Of a stretch of DNA of 64,000 bases, positions 1 through 14,041 are shown in pieces; position 1 is the stretch's first letter; each line of letters opens with the position of its first letter. This DNA is from Paraspadella gotoi (taxonomy: Eukaryota; Animalia; Chaetognatha): NCBI GenBank assembly GCA_051294375.1, contig CM119264.1, positions 1,161,923 through 1,225,922 on the forward strand. Reading direction: 5' to 3'. Below the pieces are notes generated by a model. That model searched no databases. It worked only from the letters and a program-made list of their open reading frames with translations, and was not told the origin of the DNA. The position numbers and the translations under genes were made by a program.

Positions 1-1757
1 TTTTTTTCCTCTCCAACATATTTTTCCTAAGTGAAATCAAAATTCGGAAACACACTTTCCCCAATTTAATGAAACATTTTAAAAATAAATGCATTTTAAA
101 AAAAAAAAATATTAGCAGTACAGGTAGACCAAAAAAAGTAATTCTTCCAATAGAATTTTCTATTTAGTATTTAGTAATTTATTAGGTAATAACGCAAGGC
201 GTCCTAATCAAATCTAAATCTTCTTGAAATTGTTTTAGAGTGGATTTCAAGGACAAACCGTATTCTACATCTATTCGATGGTCATGATGCCAGATAATAT
301 TGCAATGGTCGGATTGCTGACACCACGTGTCACCAGAATGGTGATATCTTGCTTTCCACCGTCGGTCTTCTCTTCTGCAGATTGGATAAGTTCTTCGAGG
401 ATCCGATTTGGTTTTTGTTGTCGTCGTCGTTGTTGTCATGTCGTTGTCGTCGGTTCGAATATGGTGAATGAATTAAGGGTTTTAAGAACCTCAATCCGAC
501 GACGAGCGACGAACGACGACGACGACGAACAGCAAGAAAGGGAAACAAGGGAAACTTGATTCGAACACAACAGAACACAAACAACGACGACAATGACAAC
601 GACGACAATGATTAACGACGAACACGACAAGATCGACACATAACGACGACAATGACAACGACACAATGACAACGACGTACGCTAATGAACAACGACGACA
701 TTGACAACAACAATGACGACGACATAACAACGACGAACGAAAGACGAATTGACAGACGACGAACAATGACAACGACACCAACGGGAAGAAGTCGGCAATT
801 AAATATGACAAGATTGGCGTTCCAAAATTTCACAGAAGAATGAAAAAGAGAAATTAAGTTAAAAGTTATGGAAATATAAGAACTAATGACGAGGATAAAT
901 ACATTAAATACAATGATGAGGTCGAACATTATGTCAAAAATGTAATTGGATATTTTTAAAGGAAAATAAAAAACAAAATTCGATATCGGTCTGATAACCA
1001 CGATAGGGAAAAAAAAGTTTTGAGCAAACAATACCAGATAGCGGTAACGAAATACTTATCAAATATAAATAAATAATAATATAAATAATATAATCTCGAT
1101 CCTAAATTAAATAAATTAAATAATAATATAATATATTAAATAATATTAAAAAAAAAAATTCAAATTGATGACGACCGACGGAACGAGACGAACAACGACT
1201 ATGATATCAACACCCCAAAAACGGAATACTAAAATATATCTCTTCCTTAGCGGCCAAAACATGCTGAAAAAAAAAAAGAGAGAGAGAGGAGAGAAAGAAG
1301 AGAGAGAGAGAGAGAGAGAGGAGGAGAGAGAGAGAGAGAAGAGAGAGAGGAGAGGGAGGGAGGCAAGCAAAAAGTAACATCAGCTCAAGACGTAGGGCGA
1401 GAATTCATGTGAATGTCTTTTCTGCTGTGGTGACCAAAAAGCAACGAGAGCAGAAAATTCGCGATCTTTACCGATTTGGAGGATCGAGGAGAGAGAGAAG
1501 GAGAGAGAGAGAGAGAGAGAGAGGAGAGAAGAGGAGGAGAGAGGAGAGAGAAGAGAGAGAAGAGGAAAATGAGAAAGAGGAAAAATATAAATAGCAACAG
1601 TGAATGACATAAGACACAGAAAAACACACATTACATAGACTCCATGATAACATGATGGATGCCTTAAAGCCACCAAAGCCTGTCCAGTGTCCAAAGTCCA
1701 AGGAGCAAACATAAGCATATTTATTATAATAAAAGGAAATAATTTTTTGGTGATAAC

Positions 1758-4700
1758 CTGTGGTGAATCGGGGTCGATTTCACCCGAAGCAAGTTGAAAA
1801 CGGGCGGATCGGAAGGACCGCTTAACGTCTCCCTCCAAGCAGTCGAAATGACATTTCCGGCCTCACCGACGGGGGCCAATTCCAAGGAAATCTCCACCAC
1901 TTGTCACCACATCACATTCACATTCCACCAACATTCGGGAATCTTCGACCCCTGGATGCACCACCATTGTGAGCCGACCTAATTCAGACCTTCATCAAAG
2001 CTCGGGATTGAAAAAAGATTTCCGGGACGAATCCCACATAAAGGTACCTCTAGCCTATTATCTTAACGAATTTAATATCTTGATCAAAGGGAACTCTAGC
2101 GGAGAGGAAGAAGAGGCAAGTTTCATCCTCAAATCGCTCATTTTTTCCCGAAACGGATTTTATATTAATCCGGCTCGAAGATTACGAACCGACGGACGAC
2201 AGGAAAAAGCAATTGACGGCCAATCTTCCGTTGGTGTTTTTTATTTCTCCTCCCTCTGGGCTGAATAAACCCGCCAGAGCTGCGAGTAAGCGTTAGAGGA
2301 AAGAAGAAGGGAGGAGGAAAGAGGGGAAAGAAGGTGGAAGGAGGGGAGAGGAATAGAGGGGGGGAGAGAAGGAGAAGATGGGAGGAGGAGGGGAGGGGAG
2401 AAAGGAGAAGAGGAGGAAGGAGAGGGGGAGGAATAGGGGGGCAGAGAAAAAATTAGTAAGGTGAGGGAAAAGATGAAAGAGCAGAAGTGAAGTTAGGGTG
2501 AAGCAGGTGGGTAAGATGATCGTGGTCAGGTGTTAGGAGTGATGGTCAGATCGTGGTCAGGTGTTATGGAGTGGTGGTCAGGGGGATCCGGTGATCATCT
2601 AGCCACAATAAGGGATGAAAAACTTTGGACCCCGTTTTAATTCCATTGCCCTTCTAATGCCGCCGCTTTTAATAACTTTATGGCCTTTCAGAGAATCCTT
2701 TATACCCTTTCCTGGCTGTTTTATGCCCTTCATGGCGATGCCTTTATACCCATTGTTCTGTTTTACCAACAAAAAAGAATTATTTTTTTTTTAACGGATC
2801 AAGAATTGTGGTTCATCATATTTATTTCTTCTATTTATTGTCAAATTCTTGATCTGGTTTCCCAATTGTTTGATCTTATTTTTTTAGATTAATCAACATG
2901 ATCCTATATTTTTTTTTGCATCACGCATAAAACGGGGTTAAAACCGAAAAAAAAATAGTTTTATCTTTACTCACGAGTTGGAAATTCGCAGAATTAAGTT
3001 TATCTATTTTCTTTCGTTTTATTAAATTTTCCCTGAAAAATTTTTTTTTCGTGCATACGGGCGAATTCAAAGAGGATGAAAAGAAACCCTTCTTCAACTC
3101 GTTACTGGAAAATTCATGGGATAATGTCTCACGGGTATGGCCCGCACGAAAATGAGAACAGTCTTCTTAAAGAAAAAATTCTTGGACCAGAATTTAACTA
3201 TTTACTTTTTTCTTTTTTGATATCTGTCTTTTACCATACAATTATATATTCTCCGAATATTTCTGATGAACTCTGGGTTTGGACCGCGCCAACCTATACC
3301 TGCAAAGATTGCTACTCTTTGGCAGCATCAACACGCGACCTCTCCTTCTTTCTCCTTCTCTCTCTCTCTCATCTCTCTCTCTCTCTGATTTCACCCTATC
3401 TCATCTGCTTCAATCCTCCTCTTATTCTTTCTTTCCTTACCAATAGATGATTTGAATTTGAATGAAAGGTTTAAAGAAATAACCATTCTCGATTTATTTG
3501 TATAAGAATTTATATTAAATAAAAGCCTATTAGAAGTAATTAGTAATTAATTCTTTTAAAAAAAAAAATTACAGGGAAAAATTATAGAAAAAAGAAATCC
3601 TGAAAAAAATCTGAAATTTAAAAAAAAACGGTAAGAAGATTTCGATATCTGTTTTTTGTTTAACACTCGAATTGCGAAAAGACTTTAGCACCCGCCGTTT
3701 TTATGGCGTGATGTAAAAATAATTCTGATTGAATTAAATTTTGTTAATTGTTAAATTTGTTACGAATTTTTGTATTTTTTGTATTTATTTTTATCTAAAA
3801 ATTCACGCACGCGTAGTTACTCTTTCTATTTAAAAAAACCAAAATTTAAACTATTGAGCATCGACTGAAAGTTTCGAAAAAAAGCATCGGTTTTTTTAAT
3901 TTACACAAAGAATTATATAATTAAATATTAATTTTAAAAATAATAATGGCCCTTAACTTACTCTCTTAAAAAAAGGGCGGGACGCTGTACCTGTAAACCT
4001 CTCAATAGCCCTATTTTCGAGAACAGCCCCTTTTGTCCTAAATTGGAATGGAAGATTCATTTTTTTGAGTAAAAGGATTAGGTAGAGGTTTAGAGGTTAG
4101 GAAAATTAGGTTAGTGATTAAGGTTAGGGACTTGGTTTGTTGATTAGGGTAGGGAATTTTTGGGCTAAGGACTATAAGTTTTAGTGTTAGAGGTTGGTTA
4201 AAAATTAAGGGATAGGGAACTAAGGATTTAAGGATTATGTAAAGGTTACAGATTAGAGGTTTGATATAAGGGACTAAAGGATTAAAGTATTAGGATTTTA
4301 TGGTTACAGATTAGTGTTAGGGAATTAGGAAACTAAGGATTAAGGATTTAGGTTAAGGTTACGATTAGAGGTTAGGGAAGGGACAAGGATTAGGATTATG
4401 TAACAGTTTACAGATTAGAGTTAAGAGGGGATTAAGGTTCAGAGATTGGAATTATAAGTATAATATATATAATTCAAGAACTAGCTGTGAGTATACGCGT
4501 ACCAACTATTATTAAAAGCGCAGATTAACGAAGGAGAAAAGTGCTTGAGAAGATATATCGTAGAGTGTGTTTTCATCTAGACGATAAAAAGAACAGAAAT
4601 GGGGGAACTACGGAAAAGAGAGCCGCCATTTTGGCATTCCTTCTGTTATTTATCCTTCTCTCCCTAAACGCGCAATGGATTGGGCGCAATGCTGCTTGAG

Positions 4701-6360
4701 CTTAGAGGCGATGGACGGAAGTAGGAGAGAATGTCTTTATAAACAAATGGGATAAATGGAAAAGAGAAAGGAAGAAAAAAGGGGAGGGTGGGAAAGTAGG
4801 AAAAAAATAGAAATTGATTTTATACGGGAGGAGGGAGAAAAAATGAGAGAAAAAGAGGAGAGGGAAGTAGAGAAAAAGATAGGGAAGAAAAAAAAAGAGA
4901 AAGGAATTAAAGGGAGGATAGGGGAGAAAAACAAGAGAGGGGAAGAAAAAAGGAAGGAATTTAAGAGAGGAGGGAGAAAAAACAAAAAAAGAGAGGGGAA
5001 GAAAAAAAAGGGAAGGAATTAAGGGCAGGATGGGAGAAAAACAAAGAGAGGGAATAAAAAAGGGAAGGAATTAAGGAGAGGAAAGGGGAGAAAAAAGCAA
5101 AAAAAGAGAGGGCAAGAAAAAAAGGGAAGGATAAGGAGAAGGGAGAAAACAAAAGAGGAGAGGGAAGAAAAGGGCAAGGAATTAAGGAAGAGGAAGGGAG
5201 AAAAAAACAAAAGCCGAGAGGGAAGAAAAAAAAGGGAAAAGAATTAAGGAGGAGAAAGGAGAAAAAACAGGTTCGAAGAGCAGAGAGGGGATAGAAAAAA
5301 AGTGAAGGAAATCTAAGAGACGGCGAAGGAAGAAAAACCAACCAAAAGAGGGAAGGAAAAAAGAAGGGAAAAAGGGAATTGAGAAATGGAAGAAAAACAA
5401 AGAGGAGGAAAAAAAAGATGAGGAAAGAAGGGGGACAAAAGGGAGGAAGAAATTAAATTTAGATAGAAAAAAAAAGAGATGACGAAATATAAATGAATAA
5501 AAATAAATACTAAAAATAAAAAGGTAAAATTTAAAAAGAAATTACAAAAAAATAACGAAAAAAAGGTAAGGTCCCGATACAATAAATGTTGTATTTAAAT
5601 GTTTGTAATTTTTTGTATTTTTGTATTTAAATATTGTAATTTTAATTTTTGGGTTAAATTCCCCGACCAAGAAGGAAAAATTGGGCTGAGGGAATTAAGG
5701 AATCCTTTTTTAGGATAAAATTGTTGCTTTTTGCCTTGTTGTACTGTATAATAAAAAAAACAGTAAAAAATAATATAATAAACCCTACAGTAAAAAAATT
5801 ATTCGACTACTTTCGCAACGCCACATATTCATCTTAATTTTGAAAAAATTGGGTTAGCTTATATTAGTTAAGATTAAGGTAAATGTTAAGAAATTTGATA
5901 AGGATGAGAGGATTAAGAGAATTAATTTAAGTTAAATTAATTTATAAAATAAGAATTACGTATAAGGTAAGTTGGAAAAATTCAGGGTTAAGCCATGATT
6001 AGGGGTTAAAGGATTTTAGATTCAAGGTTAGAATTAAGGAATTAGGGTTTGAAATCTATGTTGTTTTTTAGATTTGGTAATAAATTAAAGATCAATATTT
6101 AAGGTTACATTAAAAATTCATTTCAATAAATTTAAAAAAAAAACGGGAAAATGCGGTGGCTTCCAAAAAGAGAGCAAGTGAACTTGAGGGTAACAAAAAA
6201 AGAAATGAAGAGAAAGAAGGAAAATGAAAATTATTATTTTTCTTTTTTTTTTAAACTTTTTCTTTCTTTTTTTTTTTAATTTTTTCTCTTGATTCAAGTT
6301 TTCTTTTTTTTCAGCTCCGAAAAATCCTTNNNNNNNNNNNNNNNNNNNNNNNNNAGAGAA

Positions 6361-6391
<31 letters not shown>

Positions 6392-8990
6392 ACAACTTGT
6401 GAAAAGAAGTGGCCTGCATATTGATAGCACTTGGCGGGCGCAAATCCTTTGAATAACTAAAACTCGTAAATAAAGAATGAGAACAAAATTGCGAGCCGAC
6501 AAAATGAAATTATTATTCGCCATGGAACCTTGCGTTACTTCTCTCTCTCTACTCTCTCTCTCTAGCTCTCTCTCTCTCTTCATCATCATTCTCTTCTCAT
6601 CGATCTCAGTCCTCGCATCTTCTTGCTCTCTTTCCCTCTCTCCTCGCTCATCAGTCTCGCCTCTCACACTTATCTTCTCGTCCTCGAAGTATACCGCTCA
6701 TCTGCTCCGCTCTCCTTCTCGCTCCTCATATCTCTCTCTCTCTCAGAGATCCCATTATTCATAATCACACCGAGAGGTCTCGATCTTCCATCTCCTCTTG
6801 GTTAGTTTCGTCTCGTCTTCGTCTCTCTCTGATTGCGTACTTGTACGACATAACACAATACATTCTTTTTATCTTTTCCTTGGTGCCACTCTCTTTCAGT
6901 TTCACAACTGCGCCGTTCTCTGACGCAGGTCGCTACCTAGGTCATCGTCAATCGTCGCGTAATCCGTCGTCGGTGCGTGTCGTCGAAGTCGTCGTCTTGG
7001 TGATCCGACAGAGTCTGGAAAATGGTCGCCCCAAAAAAAAAAAAATCTTCTTGAGAAAAATCATTTTTTGCGCGAAAATGGATAAAGAGAATGATGATCA
7101 TTGGAAGGGAGAGGGGAGGAGAGAGAGGGAATGAGAGAGTGGAGAGAGAGAGGGAAAGAGAGAGAGGAGAAGAGAGAGAGGAGAGGAAGGAAGAGAGAGA
7201 GAAGAGAGAGGAGAGGAGGAGGAGAGGAGAAGGAGGGAGAGAAGTAGAGAAGAAGAGAGAGAAGAGGGAAAGGGGAAAAGGGGGGAGGGGGGAGAGAGAA
7301 TTATTGATTGATTTGATTATTATCCAAGCAAGAAATAAGCAGAACAAAGATCTTAAAAACAAAAAGAAGAAAATAAAAATAAAATAATTGGTGGAAAAAT
7401 TTAATAACAAACCANNNNNNNNNNNNNNNNNNNNNNNNNTTTGTTTTTGTTTAGACTTTTACCCTTTTGTGAAAGTCGCCCTAAATCACCGCGTCTTAAA
7501 GACGCCTTCACGCTTCTCTTGACGAACCTCAATGAACCGGGCTTCACGCTTCTTGGTCTCCGCATTGAGACGGTCTTAAACGCGCGAAAACCAGAAAAAA
7601 TTTGTAAATTATTGTTCCGACACACTGATGGCGGGCGACTTGGATGGGAACCAGGGCGATCGATGAAGGTGCGCGTAGCGGATGTTCTTTCCCACTTACT
7701 TATCTGCGGCTTGACTGCTTTTCGTTCCCTTTTAAGTTACGAGGCGATCGATGGTGTCGTCGCGTCCATCAGCTCGCGGTAGTCGTTCGACCGAAAATAA
7801 TTCCGTCGTAATCTCACGTCGACTAGGGAATTCAGCTGAGTAATATTGGCGGAATCTGCATCTGATTTAAGTTTTGGCGTCGCAACATTGGCCGTCTCTT
7901 TCCGTTTCAGCAGTCTCCGAAAACTCAACTACGCGGTTGCGTCAAAGAAACAGTTTCATTCACGCAGACCACCTCCTCAATCCCTCTGGAAAGATTAACG
8001 AAGGTGGATTGTTTATTAAAAAGACATATAAGCCCAAGATTTTCTTTAATTTTTCGCACATCCGTCCGCAAATCAGGCAAGGCCATCCGCCTCCACTCCC
8101 TCGCCGTTCTCCGCGCAAGCGAAAAATCGACGAATTTCGCATGCGAGACATATTCCGGCGGCGATTTCGCCGTGCGCTTATGGAAAACGGAGGAACGAAC
8201 CGAAGATTTCGCGCGTACGAGGACGAACGAAACGATGAACCGAATCGTCCGATTCGACGCCCCCGGATCTAAATCCGCACAACGATCGTCGCGAGATCCG
8301 AGCGAGAAACGACTCTCGCCCTCTTGCCGTCGTACCCTGGAAAAAGACGCCGTCTCCCCGTCGATCGACTCCGCAGTTTTCGCGTCAAAGTCCGCGTCGC
8401 AGCCATTCGTCCTTCAAGTCAGCCCACGTTCCTCTCATCGCTCTCTTTCCCGGACACCACCCTACTATTGTCCTTGCCATCTGCTCCTCCTTGATGGCTT
8501 CCGCGGGCGCCTACGCCCTCCCGCCGTCACTCACTTACTTTCAATGATTTATTTTCAGCGCGGAATCCTAATGATGGCGACCTCTGACCTCTCACCGTTC
8601 TTGGAAATTGGCCGCGTGCGTGGTTCATCGACAGGATCAGTAGTCAGGTTCCGTCATACCATGCATTTTGTTTCTCTGTAGGGGAGTCGTGCGCTCGCGA
8701 GCGTTGCTGTACTCAGAGATATCTTAGAGTATCTCGCTCCGCAGGACAAGAAATCGAAACGAGTGCAAAAGTAGGAATGTCCCAAAAATCTCTTTGTTTG
8801 AGAAGAATCTACTCTTTTGCGTGCGCGGAAACACAATGGGACAGAAATAAGAATGATGATGTACACTCATTGGAAGCCGAAGACCTGCGAGCAGAAGAGA
8901 GAGCCGATGTAGATATAGTAGGTGCGGAAGAACGAGAAGAAGAAAGAGAAGAGAGATGGACGCCGGATAACAGCCAGAGACGTTGGACAT
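1758..8990 (-). CDS. Noisy multi-exon gene, probable secreted proprotein (possibly a divergent TGF-beta-superfamily ligand)
   Basis: GC-rich coding-like blocks on -. ATG at 8990 with a hydrophobic leader, to donor GTAAGT at ~8537. A long block from ~8420 to 7463 ends AAG G|GTAAAA. Exon 7014-~6937 follows TTTTCCAG in matching phase 1 and encodes SPRRRLRRHAP. Exon ~2279-1758 follows a pyrimidine tract, CTAAC and CAG. Frameshift noise prevents a full translation. Confidence 0.4.
2918..3714. mobile_element. ~800-bp non-autonomous TIR element, presence/absence between duplicate copies
   Basis: Ends GCATCACGCATAAAACGGGG and CCCGCCGTTTTTATGGCGTGATGT are inverted repeats. The whole segment is absent from the copies at ~12830 and ~13745, where the empty site is a T-run followed by AA. 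Confidence 0.7.
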
Positions 8991-9086
8991 GAAAGTCAGA
9001 AATTAATTGACGGGGTATGCTATCATTAGTGAAGCACGAGAGAGAGAGAGAGCAGATGGAAGAGAGAAGAGAGAGAGAGTAGGAGA

Positions 9087-9128
<42 letters not shown>

Positions 9129-9633
9129 AGAGAAGAGAGAGCAGAGAGAGAAGAGAGATAGAGAAGAGAGAGATATTTTGAATTTGATTTGATTTTTATG
9201 CCCTCCAAATGTGAAAATTAAAACACAGTAACAATGCAATTGTTAATGAAGCTGTACAAAATATGAATGTACCTATTATTTAAAGAATGTTAAATAAATT
9301 GCAAAAAAAATTACAAAGTGGACTAAACCTGACCGCGGCCCAAGTGAATTATAGAAATCGGATCTGCTTATAAGCAGATCCGACTAAAAAAACAGAATAT
9401 GTATTTTTCTAGTACTCCTACTACTTCTAATTAGTATATCTTTGTTTAATCTATAATCATCAAGTAAAATTAAACTTAACAATTGTAGATACATTCATAA
9501 TTTAACAAACAAGAATATTTACCTTAAATATGGACCTACATGCAATATTTTCTAGAGAAAGTAAAAGAGAGTAAGATGGAGAGAGAGATGACGAAAAGTG
9601 ATGCCCATCTAGATTGGTGGCAACAAATCGCGG

Positions 9634-9980
<347 letters not shown>

Positions 9981-10592
9981 CGATCTCAGGCTATCTCACA
10001 TTTGCACTTTCACCGACTTAAGCTCTCACATTCTCACACAGTCACATTCTGCCATACAACGTGCTTTCCAGTGTCCAAGGGTCTCAAAGGATTCTTTACA
10101 CCAAGCAAGTACCAAGCAGTGAAACCAGTGAATTTTTTTTCCCCCAACATATTTTCCTAAGTGAAATCAAATTCGGAACACTTTTCCAATTTAAATGAAA
10201 CATTTTAAATCATTTTAAAAATATTAGCAGTACAAGGTAGACAAAAAAAGTATTTTCAAAGAATTTTCTTTAGTATTTAGTATTTATTTAGTAATTACCA
10301 AGTCCTATCAAATCTAATCTTCCGCAATCATTGTTCATAATGTTAGAGTGGATTCAAGACAAACCGTATTCAATTCATTCAGATGGTCATGATGCCAGAT
10401 AATATTGCAATGGTCGATTGCTGACCACGTTGTCACCAAATGGTGACTCTTGCTTTCCACCGTCGGTCTTCGTCTTCTTGCAGATGGATTAAGTTCTTCC
10501 GAGGATCCGATTTGGTTTTTGTTGTCGTCGTCGTTGTTGTCGTCGTTGTCGTCGTCGAATATGTGATGAATAAGGGTTTTAAGACCTCAATC

Positions 10593-10593
<1 letters not shown>

Positions 10594-10623
<30 letters not shown>

Positions 10624-10830
10624 AACAAGAAAGGGAAACCAGGGAAATTGATTCGACACAAAAGACACAACAACGACGACAATGACAACGACGACAATGA
10701 TAACGACGACAATGACAACGACGACAATGACAACGACGACAATGACAACGACGTTAATGACAACGACGACATTGACAACGACGACAATGAGAACGACGAC
10801 AATGACAACGACGACAATGACAACGACACC
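10594..10830 (+). repeat. (GAC)n and 15-bp GACAATGACAACGAC array (noisy copy at ~500-780)
   Basis: Directly visible. Confidence 0.9.
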
Positions 10831-11316
10831 AACAGGGAAGAAGTCGGCAATTAAATTGACAAGATTGGTCGCTTCCAAAATTTCAGAAGAATGAAAAAGA
10901 GAATTAAGTTAAAAGTTATGGAAATATAAGACTAATGACGAGGATAAATTACATTAATACAATGATGAGGTCGAACATTATGTCAAAAATGTAATCTGGA
11001 TATTTTTAAAGAAAATAAAACAAAATTCGAATCGGTCTGATAACCACGATAGGGAAAAAAAAGTTTGAGCAAACAATACCAGATAGCGGTAACAATACTA
11101 TATCAAATATAATAAATAATAATATAAATAATAAATCTCGATCCTAAATAAATAAATAAATAATAATAATATAATATATTAAATAATTAAAAAAAAAATT
11201 CAAAACATTGATGACGATCCGACGACGACGACGACGACGACTATGATATCAACCCCCAAAAACGGAATCTAAAATATCTCTCCTTATAGCGGCCAAAACA
11301 TGGTTGAAGAAAAAAA

Positions 11317-11377
<61 letters not shown>

Positions 11378-11520
11378 AGAGAGAGAGGAGAGGGAGGGAG
11401 GCCAGCAAAAAGTAAATCAGCTCAAGACGTACGGGCGAATTCATTGAATGGTCTTTCTGTGGTGACAAAAAGCAAACGGAGCAGAAATTCGCTCTTTCGA
11501 TTTGGGGGAGAGAGAGAGAG

Positions 11521-11580
<60 letters not shown>

Positions 11581-11746
11581 GAGAAGAGGAAAAATATAAA
11601 TAGAAACAGTGAGACAAAGACACAGAAAAACCATTTACATAGACTCATGATAACATGATGGATGCCTTAAGCCACCAAAGCCTGTCCAGTGTCCAAAGTC
11701 AAGGGCAACATAGCATATTTATTAATAAAAGGATAATTTTTGGTGA

Positions 11747-12215
11747 TACTGTGGGGATCGGGTCGATTCCGAGCGGGACTGCGGACTGAGAGCGCTTACG
11801 TCTCCTTCCTGCGGTGAATAATTTCGCGGTACAGCGATATTCCAGGATCTCTTGACGCCTCTTAATCACATTTCACACATTCACATTCAAACATTCACCA
11901 CATGCAGGGAATCTCAACCCCTTCACCACATTTGTGAGCCCGGACTGCATCAGACTTTGCATCAAAGCTTCGGGATCTGAAAAGTCCGGGGACGAATACA
12001 TATAAATGTACCTCTTGAGCCTATTTTCTAACGATATTTAATATCATTGATCAAAGGAGACTACTAAGCGGAACCGAAGAGGCAAGTTTCCATCCCTCAA
12101 TCGCTCATTTTTCGCACACGATTTATATTACATCCGCTGAAGATTACGACGAACGACGACGATGGAAAAAGCAAGACGCCAATCTTCGTTGGTTTCCCTC
12201 TGGGCGTGACGCAGC
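11747..12215 (-). CDS. Redundant noisy copy of the ~2279-1758 exon
   Basis: Aligns by eye with 1758-2279 inside the 10.1-16.1k duplicate. Confidence 0.3.
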
Positions 12216-14041
12216 GTGGCGAGAGCGTTAGGAGGGGAAAGAAGGGATGGAGGGAAGAGGGGATAAGAGGTGGGGAGGGGAGAGGAATAGGAGGGGGGAG
12301 AGAGGGGGGTGGAGGGGGGGAGGGGAGAATAAGGGAGGAGGAGAGGAGAGAGAGGGGGAGGAATAGGGGGCAGAGAAAATTAGTAAAAGTGAGGGAAGTA
12401 TGAAGGAGCAAGAGTGGAGTTAGGGTGAGCAGGTGGGTAGATCGATGGTGCGAGAGTGGTTTAGGAAGTGATGTCAGGAATCGTGGTCAGGTGGTTAGGT
12501 GGTGAGGATGGTGGTCGAGTGTGTTGATCGTGATCAACAGCCACTATATAGAGATAGAAAAACTTTGGACCGTTTTAAATCATGCCTTTATGCTTTATAT
12601 TACCTTTATGCTTTCATGAAGCTGCCCTTTATACGCCTTCTGCTGTTTAGCCTTCTATGCGCGATGCCCTTTATACATATGTTCTTGTGTTTACACAACA
12701 AAGTAATTATTATTTTTTACAGAGGTCAAGAATTTGTGGTTATTTTATTTCTTCATTTATTTGTCAAATTCTGAATTGGTTTCTCCAATATTTTGATTTA
12801 TTTTTTTAGATAATCACAAGACTTTTTTTTTAATATCTGATTGAATTAATTTGTTAATCGTTATTTTGTTACGATTTTGTATTTTGTATTTATTTTTATC
12901 TAAAAATTCACGCACCGCAGTTACTCTTCTATTAAAAAAAAAATTAAATCTTATTGAGCCCGACTGAAGCTAGCTTATGAGCCAAGGGAGTTTCGAAAAA
13001 AAAGTCATCGTTTTAATTTACAAAGATAATTATTATTAAATATTAATTTAAATAAAAAAGGCCTTAACTATTCTTAAAAGACGCGGGACGCTGTACCCTG
13101 TACCTCTTCAAAGCCTTATTTTTCGAGAAGCGCCCCGTTTTGTCCTAAATTCGGAATGAGATTCATTTTTTTGAGGTAAGATAGGTTTAAGGTGAGGTTA
13201 GAATTAGCTAAGCTGATTAAGGTTAGGGACTGGTTTGTGATAGGGTTAGGGATTTGGCTAAGGAATAGTTTAGTGTTAAGAGGTTTGGNNNNNNNNNNNN
13301 NNNNNNNNNNNNNGTTAGGGTGAGCAGGTGGGTAAGATCGTGGTCAGGTGGTTTAGGAGTGATGGTCAGGATCGTGGTCAGGTGGTTTAAGAGTGGTGGT
13401 CAGGATCGTGGTCACGTGGTTATGGAGTGGTGGTCAGGATCGTGATCACGAGCCACTATAAGAATGAAAAACTTTGGTACCGTTTTAAATTCATGCCCTT
13501 TATGCCCTTTTATACCCTTTATGCCTTTCATGAGATGCCCTTTATACCCTTTCTGCTGTTTATGCCCTTCATGCGATGCCCTTTATTACCCATTGTTCTT
13601 GTTTACCAACAAAAAGTAATTATTTTTTTTTACGGATCAAGAATTTGTGGTTCATTTTATTTCTTCTATTTATTTGTCAAATTCTTGATTGGTTTCCCAA
13701 TTGTTTGATCTTATTTTTTTAGATTAATCACAAGATCTTTTTTTTTTAAATATCTGATTGAATTAATTTTGTTAATCGTTAATTTTGTTACGATTTTTGT
13801 ATTTTGTATTTATTTTTATCTAAAAATTCACGCACCGTAGTTACTCTTTCTATTTAAAAAAACAAAATTAAACTTATTGAGCATCGACTGAAAGCTAAGC
13901 TTATGAGCCCAAGGAGTTTCGAAAAAAAAGTCATCGGTTTTAATTTACAAAGATAATTATTATTAAATATTAATTTAAATAATAAAGGCCTTAACTTATT
14001 CTTAAAAGAGCGCGGGGACGCTGTACCCTGTACCTCTCCAA

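Noticed and set aside
182-439. Coding exon near the window start (copy at ~10290-10520)
   Set aside because: The sequence is complex, but the two noisy copies give no consistent frame or recognisable motif; left uncalled.
4070-4450. True telomere or chromosome-fusion site
   Set aside because: The repeats are degenerate, short and bounded by shared element ends at many loci.
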